64,000 nucleotides of DNA from Flavobacteriaceae bacterium (GTDB lineage Bacteria; Bacteroidota; Bacteroidia; Flavobacteriales; Flavobacteriaceae). The position numbers and the translations under genes were made by a program. The DNA is taken from positions 235 through 64,234 of the forward strand of contig JAQWGN010000002.1 of the NCBI GenBank assembly GCA_029238215.1, written 5' to 3'. Below are positions 50,501-58,282 of this stretch, one piece after another (position 1 is the first letter of the stretch; every line of letters begins with the position of its first letter). The notes under the pieces are model-generated. The model saw nothing but the letters and a program-made list of their open reading frames with translations, searched no databases and was not told where the DNA came from.

Positions 50501-50723
50501 TCCAGGGTTACGTGGTAAATGGATTTATAGCTTGATGTCCGTATTGGCTTTTGCTAGCATTATGATGACGTATTTTGGAGTCAACTTCTACCTTACAGGA
50601 TTGCATTCGTATGCAAGCGGAGATAAGGTGATAACCCCTAATTTTGTTTATTATTCGCTAGTATTTGTAGCGGTATTAGGAATTGCATCATATGGAAAAG
50701 CAAAAAAATACTTTTCGCGTTAA
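47595..50723 (+). CDS. ccsBA: Fused cytochrome c biogenesis protein CcsB(ResB)-CcsA (System II)
   Basis: 1042 aa. A ResB-like N-terminal half is joined to a C-terminal CcsA with the tryptophan-rich WGRYWGWDPKETWA (WWD) heme-handling motif and conserved His residues. Confidence 0.88.
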   Translation: MNVAQKLLSLLFSTRLTALLFVLFSVAMGIGTFVESEHDTATARIWIYNAWWFEIMMVFFVINFLGNIKRYRLLRWEKWPLLLLHLSWILIIVGAGITRYVGYEGVMPIREGEDSRTFLTEKTYLSIYIDGEINGEPRRKLLEDDMLFSKAANNHFEWRSDFNKIPVSIQYKNFIKGAEEGLVEDPNGALYFKIVEAGDGNRHDHYLKSGEVANIHNILFAFNAQTDGAINITYKDDTYTIESPFSGTFLRMADQQSGQLLSDTEQPLQLRTLYSTAGMQFVFPDPATNGSYQIIPAVDSENAPQDALSVLLSANGELKEVTVLGARGVANAPTKVSVGGFDFWVKYGSKEVPLPFSIRLNDFIAAKYPGTEKSYSSFMSKVTVLDEPTFDYDIYMNHILNHKGFRFFQASFDPDEKGTVLSVNHDGLGTGVTYIGYFLLYAGLLGIMFFGKTRFKKLAKMLEDIRVKKATLTILVLLALSPVVAQHQHANQNHSIDSILQAEAYDAEQAAKFGALIIQDAGGRMKPANTFASELVRKVSKSDHYKTLDANQVLLSISQNPLLWYQVPFIYLKRGNDSLRNLLGVDKKAKYAAFANFFNETGSYKLAPLLEGAYKSATPNQFQKDFIETDRKVNLLFSALEGKILRVFPVPNDINNRWIAPQEVPETDFEGVDSLYVNNVLPLYFTSLRQGKTTQDYTQADQLLESLKGYQNKYGAEVIPSKKQIEAELLYNKYDIFKRLFSWYMYAGTLMFFVLIAQMLYNVRFLRLIVKSCVVVIAGLFVLHTAGLAARWYISGHAPWSDAYESMIYVAWATMGMGLAFGRKSMLTIAATAFVASMILMIAHWNWMDPEIANLVPVLDSYWLMIHVAVIVGSYGPFALAMILGIIAMFLMLITTKKSAEKMRLHIAELTVVNELALTVGLIMLTIGNFLGGQWANESWGRYWGWDPKETWALISILVYAFVLHMRLVPGLRGKWIYSLMSVLAFASIMMTYFGVNFYLTGLHSYASGDKVITPNFVYYSLVFVAVLGIASYGKAKKYFSR

Positions 50724-50913
50724 CCCTCGTTGGTGGTTGTATTCTGCAGGTGGTTTGCTGCTTATTGGTACGGGGCTGAGTGTTTTGGGTGAAGCCATAC
50801 TTGCTAAGGGTAGTGGTGAGGCATGGTTTTTGGTTGGTGCACTAGCAATAACATTAGTTAACACAGGAATATGTTTAGTAGCAGGAGCGGTTATTATTCG
50901 CTTAAAAAAATAG
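50692..50913 (+). CDS. Small 2-TM membrane protein (hypothetical)
   Basis: 73 aa from the ATG at 50692, with two clear hydrophobic helices. Overlaps the ccsBA 3' end by 32 nt. No homology recognised. Confidence 0.35.
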   Translation: MEKQKNTFRVNPRWWLYSAGGLLLIGTGLSVLGEAILAKGSGEAWFLVGALAITLVNTGICLVAGAVIIRLKK

Positions 50914-51524
50914 GATTTTTATTTCTTTTTATGGGAGGTACTGTCTTTGCTCAAGAGCAAAAAGGGGGTAGTGCATTGCCTATACTTAGTACGCCAAAAA
51001 GTGACTATGGACTACTACAGCCTGAGGAAAAAAATGAAGACTATTCGTTTTTAGATAGACCAAAACCAGCTCCACCGATGCTTTCGGAGGGGGAACAATT
51101 TATTGACCCTGGAAAAAAGTATTTGAAAAAACTTAAACGGGAAGGAACAGTTTCTAAAGACACCTATTTTGGTGATGTCTATTTGGGTGATATTATCACT
51201 ATATCGTCTCATGTAAAACTCCTATTACGAGACTTTGGAGCTGAAGATGGAGATCATGTTCGCGCTTTTATAAATGACAAAGAATTTATTTCGGTAATTC
51301 CTTTAAAGAATACATTCTTTGAATTACAGGTTCCACTCAAAGAAGGGTTCAATAAAATTGACTTTATGGCTCTTAACCAAGGAGCGTTGTATCCCAACAC
51401 GGCAGAATTGAGAATGTACGATGTCTATGGGAATTTATTACTAAAACATAATTGGAACTTGTCTACAGGCTCAAAGGCTACAGTTATTTTGGTTAAAGAG
51501 GGTAATGAGATTAAAACTGAATAA
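50871..51524 (+). CDS. Secreted hypothetical protein
   Basis: 217 aa with the signal-like segment KKIGFLFLFMGGTVFAQ. No family recognised. Confidence 0.5.
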   Translation: MFSSRSGYYSLKKIGFLFLFMGGTVFAQEQKGGSALPILSTPKSDYGLLQPEEKNEDYSFLDRPKPAPPMLSEGEQFIDPGKKYLKKLKREGTVSKDTYFGDVYLGDIITISSHVKLLLRDFGAEDGDHVRAFINDKEFISVIPLKNTFFELQVPLKEGFNKIDFMALNQGALYPNTAELRMYDVYGNLLLKHNWNLSTGSKATVILVKEGNEIKTE

Positions 51525-51533
51525 AGAGTAAAA

Positions 51534-52622
51534 TTAATAGTCCGCTTTTAATGCATTCAAAAACCCATAAAATGCCGGTTTTGGTTTTAGGTTTTCATCA
51601 TAAATGCAGGGCCAGTCTTTCAGTTTAAAAAATCGATTTATCCAAGTATCTCTATCGTTGAAGCCCCAAAAAGTAATACCATACTGTTGGGCTTTAGGGA
51701 CAGTTGTTTGATATATTTCAACCAACTCCGCATATTTTTTTGCTTGATCCATTCTCATGGCATCGGTTAATTCGTTATAAAGCTGAACACCTCCACCTTT
51801 GCTGTCATCGTGGGTGTTGAAAATAATATCCACTTCAGAAAGATGAATTTGCAATCCTGTGTCTGCGGCTCTTTTAAGGGTGTGAGCAATTACTTCGTTT
51901 GGGGTATCCATACGGATATGCATTTGAAAGCCAATTCCTGAGATGGGAACACCGCGTCGTTGAAAATCCTCAACCATTTTCATCATGGAATTGAACTTTA
52001 GGGTATCTCGTTCAATATTAAAATCGTTGTAAAATAAAACTGCGTCAGGGTCCGCCTCGTGTGCATAGCGGAAGGCTTTCTCGATATAGGTTTCACCCAT
52101 AGTCTTATACCAAATACTTTCAGTTCTATAACCAGCTCCTTTGGTATTGAACCCTTCGTTGACAACATCCCAGCCATGTACTTTGCCTTTGTATCGACTT
52201 ACATACTTTTGGATGTATTCCTTCATGAATTTGTCCAACCATACTGGATCCTTTTTTGCCTTTTTCTCAACCCACCATGGAGTGGCACTATGCCATATTA
52301 GTGTATGTCCAAACAGGCGTTGGTTGTTTTTTTTGGTGTAGGATACAATGCTATCTACTCTGTCCCAATAGTACACGTTGGGGCGTGGTGAAATTTGATA
52401 CATTTTCATGTCACTTCCAGCGGTATAGCTGTTAAAATGGTGTTGTTGTATCTTTTGTAATGGCGCATCATTCATAAAGGGAATAAATCGCAGCGATGAG
52501 CCAATTGGAAAATCGGATACTTTTTTTAGGGATTCGACTTCTGTTTGCTGTGTTTGCGCCGTTAAAAGGAATGTAGAGATTAAAAAGACGAATAGAACAG
52601 TTGATTTATTCATTAAATACAT
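51534..52622 (-). CDS. GH10 endo-1,4-beta-xylanase
   Basis: 362 aa with a signal peptide. GHTLIWH, WDVVNEG (acid/base Glu) and ITFWGF motifs are typical of GH10. Confidence 0.85.
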   Translation of the reverse strand: MYLMNKSTVLFVFLISTFLLTAQTQQTEVESLKKVSDFPIGSSLRFIPFMNDAPLQKIQQHHFNSYTAGSDMKMYQISPRPNVYYWDRVDSIVSYTKKNNQRLFGHTLIWHSATPWWVEKKAKKDPVWLDKFMKEYIQKYVSRYKGKVHGWDVVNEGFNTKGAGYRTESIWYKTMGETYIEKAFRYAHEADPDAVLFYNDFNIERDTLKFNSMMKMVEDFQRRGVPISGIGFQMHIRMDTPNEVIAHTLKRAADTGLQIHLSEVDIIFNTHDDSKGGGVQLYNELTDAMRMDQAKKYAELVEIYQTTVPKAQQYGITFWGFNDRDTWINRFFKLKDWPCIYDENLKPKPAFYGFLNALKADY

Positions 52623-52746
52623 TTAAATGATTTTGAAAATTATGTATTGATTAATCTCAAAAGAAAGGATTCCAGATTTTTTCATAAAGTTAGTATTTAA
52701 ATAAACATTGGCTATTATGCAGGTTCAATTTTCATACCTTTACTTT

Positions 52747-55356
52747 ATGAAAAATATTATTCTTTTGTTCCTTGGAGTACTAGTCGCTCCTTTTGTTATT
52801 CATGTTCAGGCCCAATCTAGCCATTGGGAGAGCGTGGTTCTTCCGGGTGATCAATGGGAGTATACCGTTCCTACGTCGCAATTACCAAACAACTGGTATA
52901 CGATTAGTTACAATGCATCTACTTGGGCAACTGGTCCTTCTGGAATTGGTTACGGCGATGGCGATGATGCTACAGATATCAACCAAGCTACTTCGGTGTA
53001 TATGCGTAAAACGTTTCAGATTAATGACCTTTCCCAGTTCAATAGAGTCGTTTTAGATATCGACTATGATGATGCCTACATTGCTTATGTAAATGGCGTA
53101 GAAGTTGGGCGTAATTTACTATCAGGAGATAATATTCCATACAATAGCCTTGCTGAAGGATATCATGAGGCAATGCTCTTTCAAGGGTATGCTCCAGATC
53201 GTGTTTTTATAGATAAAAACTTACTTGTAAACGGCACAAATATTATTGCGGTCCAAGTTCATAATCATACTGCAGACTCCTCAGACATGTCTGCATTACC
53301 TGTTATTTCTTTAGAAGTTTTTGGTAATACGCTAATTTACAACGGAACGCCAACTTGGTTTCAAGAACCCGACCCTGTCCCATTTCAAACAAACTTCACT
53401 TCTTCTAATTTGCCAATCGTATTGCTAGACACTGATGGAAATCAAGAGATTCCTAACGAGCCAAAAATTGGTGCACAAATGAAAATTATCAAGCGCCCAG
53501 AAAATGCACGGAATTTGGTTGCTGATTCAAACAATCCAGACTATCTAAATTTTGATGGACCAATTCAAATTGAAGTTCGCGGATCAAGTTCATCCTTATT
53601 TTCAAAAAAACAATTTGCACTTACTACTTACGATACCGCTGGGGAAAAAGATAACGTAACCCTTCTTAATTTGCCTAAAGAAAACGATTGGATTTTAAGT
53701 GGTTTGGCTTTTGATACAACATTTGTTCGTGATTATGTGAGTTATAAATTATCGAATATGATTGGTCAATACGCTTCTAGAGGGGAATATTGTGAATTGG
53801 TCTTAAACGGACAATATCAAGGCATTTATATGTTACTCGAAAAAATTAAAGCCGATGATAACCGTATTGATATAAAGAAACTGAAACCAGACGACACGTC
53901 ACTGCCTCAAATTACGGGAGGTTATGTTACCAAAGCTGATAAAATTGAGGGAGAAGAAATATTTGCATGGTCTATGGCTACACCAAATGGTTGGGGTGTT
54001 AATTTCGCTCATGAAAGCCCAAAAGCTGATGATATTACCAGTGAACAATCGAGCTATATACAAAATACTTTTGAAGCCCTAGCGGCTACAGCTTCTGAGT
54101 CAAACACCTCAATTACAAGCGGATATCCATCGGTAATAGATGTTCCGTCTTTTGTAGATTTTATGATACTAAATGAGTTTGCTTCAAACCCTGATGCCTA
54201 CCAGTTTAGCACATATTTCCATAAAGACAGAAGGGGTAAATTACGTGCAGGCCCTGTGTGGGATTTTAACTTGACGTATGGGAACGACTTGTTTTTTATG
54301 GGATTTGATAGAAGTGCATTTGATGTTTGGCAGTTTCAAGTAGGGAATAGGGGTGCAACTTTTTGGACTGACCTTTTTAACGATCCAACATTTAAGTGTT
54401 ATATGTCAAAAAGATGGGTTGCATTAACTGCTGTAAACCAGCCCTTACACCCAGATTCGATTATTGCATTAATCGATGAAACGGTTGCGTACATAGATGA
54501 AGCAGTTGCAAGACAGCAGCAGGTTTGGAATATAAATATTTCACACAACACTCGGATTAATGCGGTAAAGGACTTTGTAATTGACCGGGTTAATTGGATT
54601 TCCAACAGGCTTATTGATACCTCTTTATGTGAATCAGTTACTACGCCGCCACTTGTGATCACTAAAATTAATTATCATCCCCTTGATGAAACTATTGATG
54701 ATTCTGATGAATATGAATTTATTGGGATAACAAATAACAGTGGAGTAGAACAGGACCTTACAGGGGTATATTTTGGAGGTACTGGACTTTCATATCAGTT
54801 TCCTGCAGGATTTAAAATAGAGGCTGGTTCAGAAGTTGTTATTGCAAACAACGCAGTCAAATTTGAGTCTAGATACGGTTTCTCATCCTTTGATGAGTTT
54901 TCAAGAAATTTATCAAATAAAAGCCAAGAAATTAGTTTATTAGATGCTTTTGGAAACCTGATTGACAAGGTTGTATATGAAGATAGTGCTCCCTGGCCCG
55001 ATGCAGATGGAAGTGGTAGTTTTTTGAGACTAGCAAGCATCATGAGCGACAATGCCCTTGCTGAAAGTTGGGTTGCTAGTGTTGATTTTAATCCGTTATC
55101 CAACAAAGAAGTTTTTGAAAAGAACACCTTACTCGTTTATCCAAATCCAGTTAGCACGTATTTAAATGTAAGTATTACCAACAATGAAGTAATCAAATCT
55201 GTTGAAGTCCGAAATTTACTTGGACAAAAGGTAATGCAGCTTGCGCCAAATACCAAAAGAGTGAAAATGGATATGGCACATTTAGATAATGGAATTTACT
55301 TTATCCATATGCAGCTTAACAAGGGTACGGTTACAAAAAAAGTTCTAAAGAAATAG
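52747..55356 (+). CDS. CotH kinase-like protein with a lamin-tail (LTD) domain and a T9SS C-terminal sorting domain
   Basis: Begins at the ATG at 52747 (MKNIILLFLGVLVAPFVIHVQAQ). The CotH region includes FVRDYVSYKLSNMIGQYASRGEYCELVLNGQYQGIYMLLEKI. The LTD-like region includes ITKINYHP...EFIGITNNSG. The C-terminus LLVYPNPVSTYLNV...GIYFIHMQLNKG is T9SS type A. Confidence 0.8.
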   Translation: MKNIILLFLGVLVAPFVIHVQAQSSHWESVVLPGDQWEYTVPTSQLPNNWYTISYNASTWATGPSGIGYGDGDDATDINQATSVYMRKTFQINDLSQFNRVVLDIDYDDAYIAYVNGVEVGRNLLSGDNIPYNSLAEGYHEAMLFQGYAPDRVFIDKNLLVNGTNIIAVQVHNHTADSSDMSALPVISLEVFGNTLIYNGTPTWFQEPDPVPFQTNFTSSNLPIVLLDTDGNQEIPNEPKIGAQMKIIKRPENARNLVADSNNPDYLNFDGPIQIEVRGSSSSLFSKKQFALTTYDTAGEKDNVTLLNLPKENDWILSGLAFDTTFVRDYVSYKLSNMIGQYASRGEYCELVLNGQYQGIYMLLEKIKADDNRIDIKKLKPDDTSLPQITGGYVTKADKIEGEEIFAWSMATPNGWGVNFAHESPKADDITSEQSSYIQNTFEALAATASESNTSITSGYPSVIDVPSFVDFMILNEFASNPDAYQFSTYFHKDRRGKLRAGPVWDFNLTYGNDLFFMGFDRSAFDVWQFQVGNRGATFWTDLFNDPTFKCYMSKRWVALTAVNQPLHPDSIIALIDETVAYIDEAVARQQQVWNINISHNTRINAVKDFVIDRVNWISNRLIDTSLCESVTTPPLVITKINYHPLDETIDDSDEYEFIGITNNSGVEQDLTGVYFGGTGLSYQFPAGFKIEAGSEVVIANNAVKFESRYGFSSFDEFSRNLSNKSQEISLLDAFGNLIDKVVYEDSAPWPDADGSGSFLRLASIMSDNALAESWVASVDFNPLSNKEVFEKNTLLVYPNPVSTYLNVSITNNEVIKSVEVRNLLGQKVMQLAPNTKRVKMDMAHLDNGIYFIHMQLNKGTVTKKVLKK

Positions 55357-55360
55357 GAGA
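55309..55360 (+). repeat. Resident copy of a 52-bp perfect direct repeat (last 15 codons, stop and 4 nt of the CotH gene)
   Basis: ATGCAGCTTAACAAGGGTACGGTTACAAAAAAAGTTCTAAAGAAATAGGAGA is identical to 58080-58131. Confidence 0.95.
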
Positions 55361-55455
55361 CTACTATTTTTACTTGATAGTTTTATTGTTTTTTATACAG
55401 GGATAGTAAAGCTTTTAGAAAACCAATATCTATCTATGTCAAGTTTATATAAATC

Positions 55456-55487
55456 AAAAAGGGCTGCACATACGTGCAGCCCTTTTT
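55456..55487. terminator. Bidirectional hairpin terminator between the CotH gene and the convergent T9SS cargo gene
   Basis: A5-GGGCTGCAC-ATAC-GTGCAGCCC-T5. Confidence 0.75.
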
Positions 55488-55531
55488 GATATGAAATCAC
55501 TTAGCCTAAGTGAGTTTATGCATTTTAATGC

Positions 55532-58000
55532 TTATTGTTTAATTATTTTGGCAACTCCAATTCCAATTCCATTGGCATTTTTCAGCTGTAAAATATAAAC
55601 GTTGTTTGGTAGGCTTGATAAATCAATAACAGAAGCGGTACTGCTAATCATTACTTTTCCTGTAATATCATAAATCAAAGCTTTGGAGAAGTTTGAGTTG
55701 ATTTGGATATGCGATGATGTTGGATTGGGATAAAAATCAACATCAATCTTAAAATCTTCTAAAGAAGCTGTTTGACATACTATATTCACAACTTGAGCCC
55801 TTGATATAGAGTTGTTATTTTCGTCAGTAAACGTCCATATAACTCCAAATGTTTCTACACTTGGATCTATTGGAAAGCACTTGTCGTTTATCGCTGTTAC
55901 AGTTGAATGATAATCTGATATTCCCTCTGTAGGGATAGTAAGGCCATGTAATTGTTGACCTTCACAAATTTCATAGGTTACACTTTCTATAACATCTGGA
56001 ACTAAAGGAGGCTGCGTATCATTAACCCCATCAAATTCATAAGCGCCAATGTCTGCAGTTCCGAATCTGTAATATCCCCTTTGATCTTTATTTAATGCAT
56101 CTGAAGATCCTGCATCAATCAGAAAAGAGTCATTTTCTAATGCAACATACGGAATATTAGTTCCAAATATTTGTAGCGTTTCTTTGAGTCCAGAGTCATC
56201 TCCTGTTAATAATGTTTGTGATGTAATTGAACCACTTATTCCATCAGTATTTGATAAAAAAGAATTGATGATTGTAATATCGTTAGAAGAACCCTTAACT
56301 TCTGTAGGACTATTGTTCTCTAAAACAGAATTTTTAATCACAGCGGTTGTATAGGCAGTAATTACTGCAGGCTGATTGGTATCACTAGCAACGTTGTTTT
56401 TAAATGTTGAGCTTTCGATGTTTAGAGTTCCATCATGGGCAGGAATATAAAAAAGACCACTTTTTGTGCTATTTTCAAAAAATGTACAATTAATAATTTC
56501 TACTTCACCTGTGCCATTAGGGATAAATATTAATTCAGCATTAGTAGCTGTGTTTTGATAAAATGTGCAATTTTTAAGTGAAAATATAATATCAGACTGT
56601 TCTTTACTATTGGGAAAATAAAATAGATTATCAGAATTATTATTATTATGAAAATATGAATTTGTAATTTTCAAAGCCCCTTTACTATTAGGCTTGTAAA
56701 TAATTTCCTTAGAATTAAAATTTGTGAAAGTAAGGCCATCAATTGTTATTGATCCGTCCCTATAGCTATAAATCATTCGGTTTGAGCCAATATTAACTCC
56801 ATCAATTGTTAGCAAATTTGCGCCAGGGCCTAATATGGTGATATTTACATCATTATTATGATTTACCGCTCCGTCAACACTAATTACACCACTTAATTCT
56901 CTTAAATCTATTATTGCATTACTGCAGCCATAGTTGTTTGCTTCTGTTAATGCATTTTTAAATGAACCAGCTCCTGAAGCATTCAAATTTTCAACCAAAA
57001 AATATCCAGACGTGCTAATGCTTTTTTCATCAGTATCGTTCGTTATAGTGCTTATTGTGCTTTCAGAAACAACGATAGAAGCTAGGTCAAAGTCTATAGT
57101 GTTACCTATTGTAGCATTATTTTTTAAATCTATAGTTAGCCAATAAACATTGTCTCCCGAACTAAGCAATTCATTTAATTCAAAAGTTATTTCTGAAGAC
57201 GGATTAATTGATCCTATTAGGTTTTCGTCAATAAAATTGGCACTGCGATACAAATTAATTTTTGAGATTTCTTCACAATAGTTTTGTGAGTTGTTTAAAA
57301 AAACTAATTTTTCTAGTTCTAATGGGGAAAGACTTCCATTTGTTGTGACTGTAGCTTTTAATGCTATTTGATTGTCAAAGCCAGGGTTTAAATTACACGA
57401 TGCAGTTTGAGTTCCTGCAGACAAAAATTCCATGTCTGATTCAGCATATATTCTCAATTCATCAATGCCAATACCCAGATCCCCAGACTCTGGTAAATCA
57501 CAATTTCCAACAAAATCAATCTGAACGTCATTCAAATTAGAAAAATCTGAAAGATCAATTGTATTTTTCTTCCATTCAGATGAGTTTGTAGTTATAGTAT
57601 GCACCAACAAACCATTAACATAAACTGCCAGCGTTTCCAGACCATCTGGATGAATGTTGTAAAAAGACAGGTATGGATCTTGCGTAGAAGAAAGATCAAT
57701 GCCCTTTAAAGTCAATTTTACGTCAATAAAAAAATCATATCCATCCATCCCAGAATTTAAATATGCAAATCCATTTCCATTATATGGGGGAAAGCCATCC
57801 CATTGAAAAGACATATTTTGTCTAATGGTTTCCTCTGAATTGTGGTACCAGCGTAATAAGCCATTACGAGCATTCCCATCTTCAGCTATTGGGGTTTCTA
57901 TTGTAAATGCAATAGATTCAGTTAGAGTGTTTAGTGTATCGAAATTTTCAGTCTGTGCAAATATTACAGTTGAAAATAAAAGGATTATTGATTTTTTCAT
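55532..58000 (-). CDS. T9SS-secreted protein with a right-handed beta-helix / choice-of-anchor-Q-like region
   Basis: 822 aa with signal MKKSIILLFSTVIFAQ. The central part has repeated N.T/F.NN beta-helix turns and DQRGYYRFGTADIGAYEF. The C-terminus DFYPNPTSSHIQIN...NVYILQLKN is a T9SS sorting domain. Confidence 0.7.
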   Translation of the reverse strand: MKKSIILLFSTVIFAQTENFDTLNTLTESIAFTIETPIAEDGNARNGLLRWYHNSEETIRQNMSFQWDGFPPYNGNGFAYLNSGMDGYDFFIDVKLTLKGIDLSSTQDPYLSFYNIHPDGLETLAVYVNGLLVHTITTNSSEWKKNTIDLSDFSNLNDVQIDFVGNCDLPESGDLGIGIDELRIYAESDMEFLSAGTQTASCNLNPGFDNQIALKATVTTNGSLSPLELEKLVFLNNSQNYCEEISKINLYRSANFIDENLIGSINPSSEITFELNELLSSGDNVYWLTIDLKNNATIGNTIDFDLASIVVSESTISTITNDTDEKSISTSGYFLVENLNASGAGSFKNALTEANNYGCSNAIIDLRELSGVISVDGAVNHNNDVNITILGPGANLLTIDGVNIGSNRMIYSYRDGSITIDGLTFTNFNSKEIIYKPNSKGALKITNSYFHNNNNSDNLFYFPNSKEQSDIIFSLKNCTFYQNTATNAELIFIPNGTGEVEIINCTFFENSTKSGLFYIPAHDGTLNIESSTFKNNVASDTNQPAVITAYTTAVIKNSVLENNSPTEVKGSSNDITIINSFLSNTDGISGSITSQTLLTGDDSGLKETLQIFGTNIPYVALENDSFLIDAGSSDALNKDQRGYYRFGTADIGAYEFDGVNDTQPPLVPDVIESVTYEICEGQQLHGLTIPTEGISDYHSTVTAINDKCFPIDPSVETFGVIWTFTDENNNSISRAQVVNIVCQTASLEDFKIDVDFYPNPTSSHIQINSNFSKALIYDITGKVMISSTASVIDLSSLPNNVYILQLKNANGIGIGVAKIIKQ

Positions 58001-58079
58001 GGTTCAAATTTAACTAATTTTTAATGGCTCCCTTGATTTCTACAACAATGTTTAGTTTTATTTCAGTATTGTTTAGGTA

Positions 58080-58131
58080 ATGCAGCTTAACAAGGGTACG
58101 GTTACAAAAAAAGTTCTAAAGAAATAGGAGA
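58080..58131 (+). repeat. Orphan copy of the 52-bp repeat (displaced CotH 3' end), 151 nt upstream of the sulfatase gene
   Basis: Perfect match to 55309-55360. An in-frame TAG at 58074-58076 just upstream shows it is not part of a longer ORF. Confidence 0.95.
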
Positions 58132-58282
58132 TCATGGCTGGGTTACGATGTATTCCTAGTAAGGCTCCAGAATCTAATTTTAACGTCAAAAAGCATATAT
58201 TTTTTTAATTTCTAGTTGAAAATTCAAATAAATTATAACCCAAACATGCTAAGGTTATTATTTAGTTGTTAGTTTTACAACG

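Noticed and set aside
58005-58012. TAAATTTG -7-like box (minus strand) only 4 nt upstream of the ATG of the 822-aa T9SS gene; a similar box TATTTTTG lies at 40695-40702, 4 nt before the HMG-CoA lyase ATG
   Set aside because: The spacing would put the transcription start inside the coding sequence. These may be chance matches in AT-rich DNA or leaderless arrangements, and are not supportable as promoters from sequence alone.
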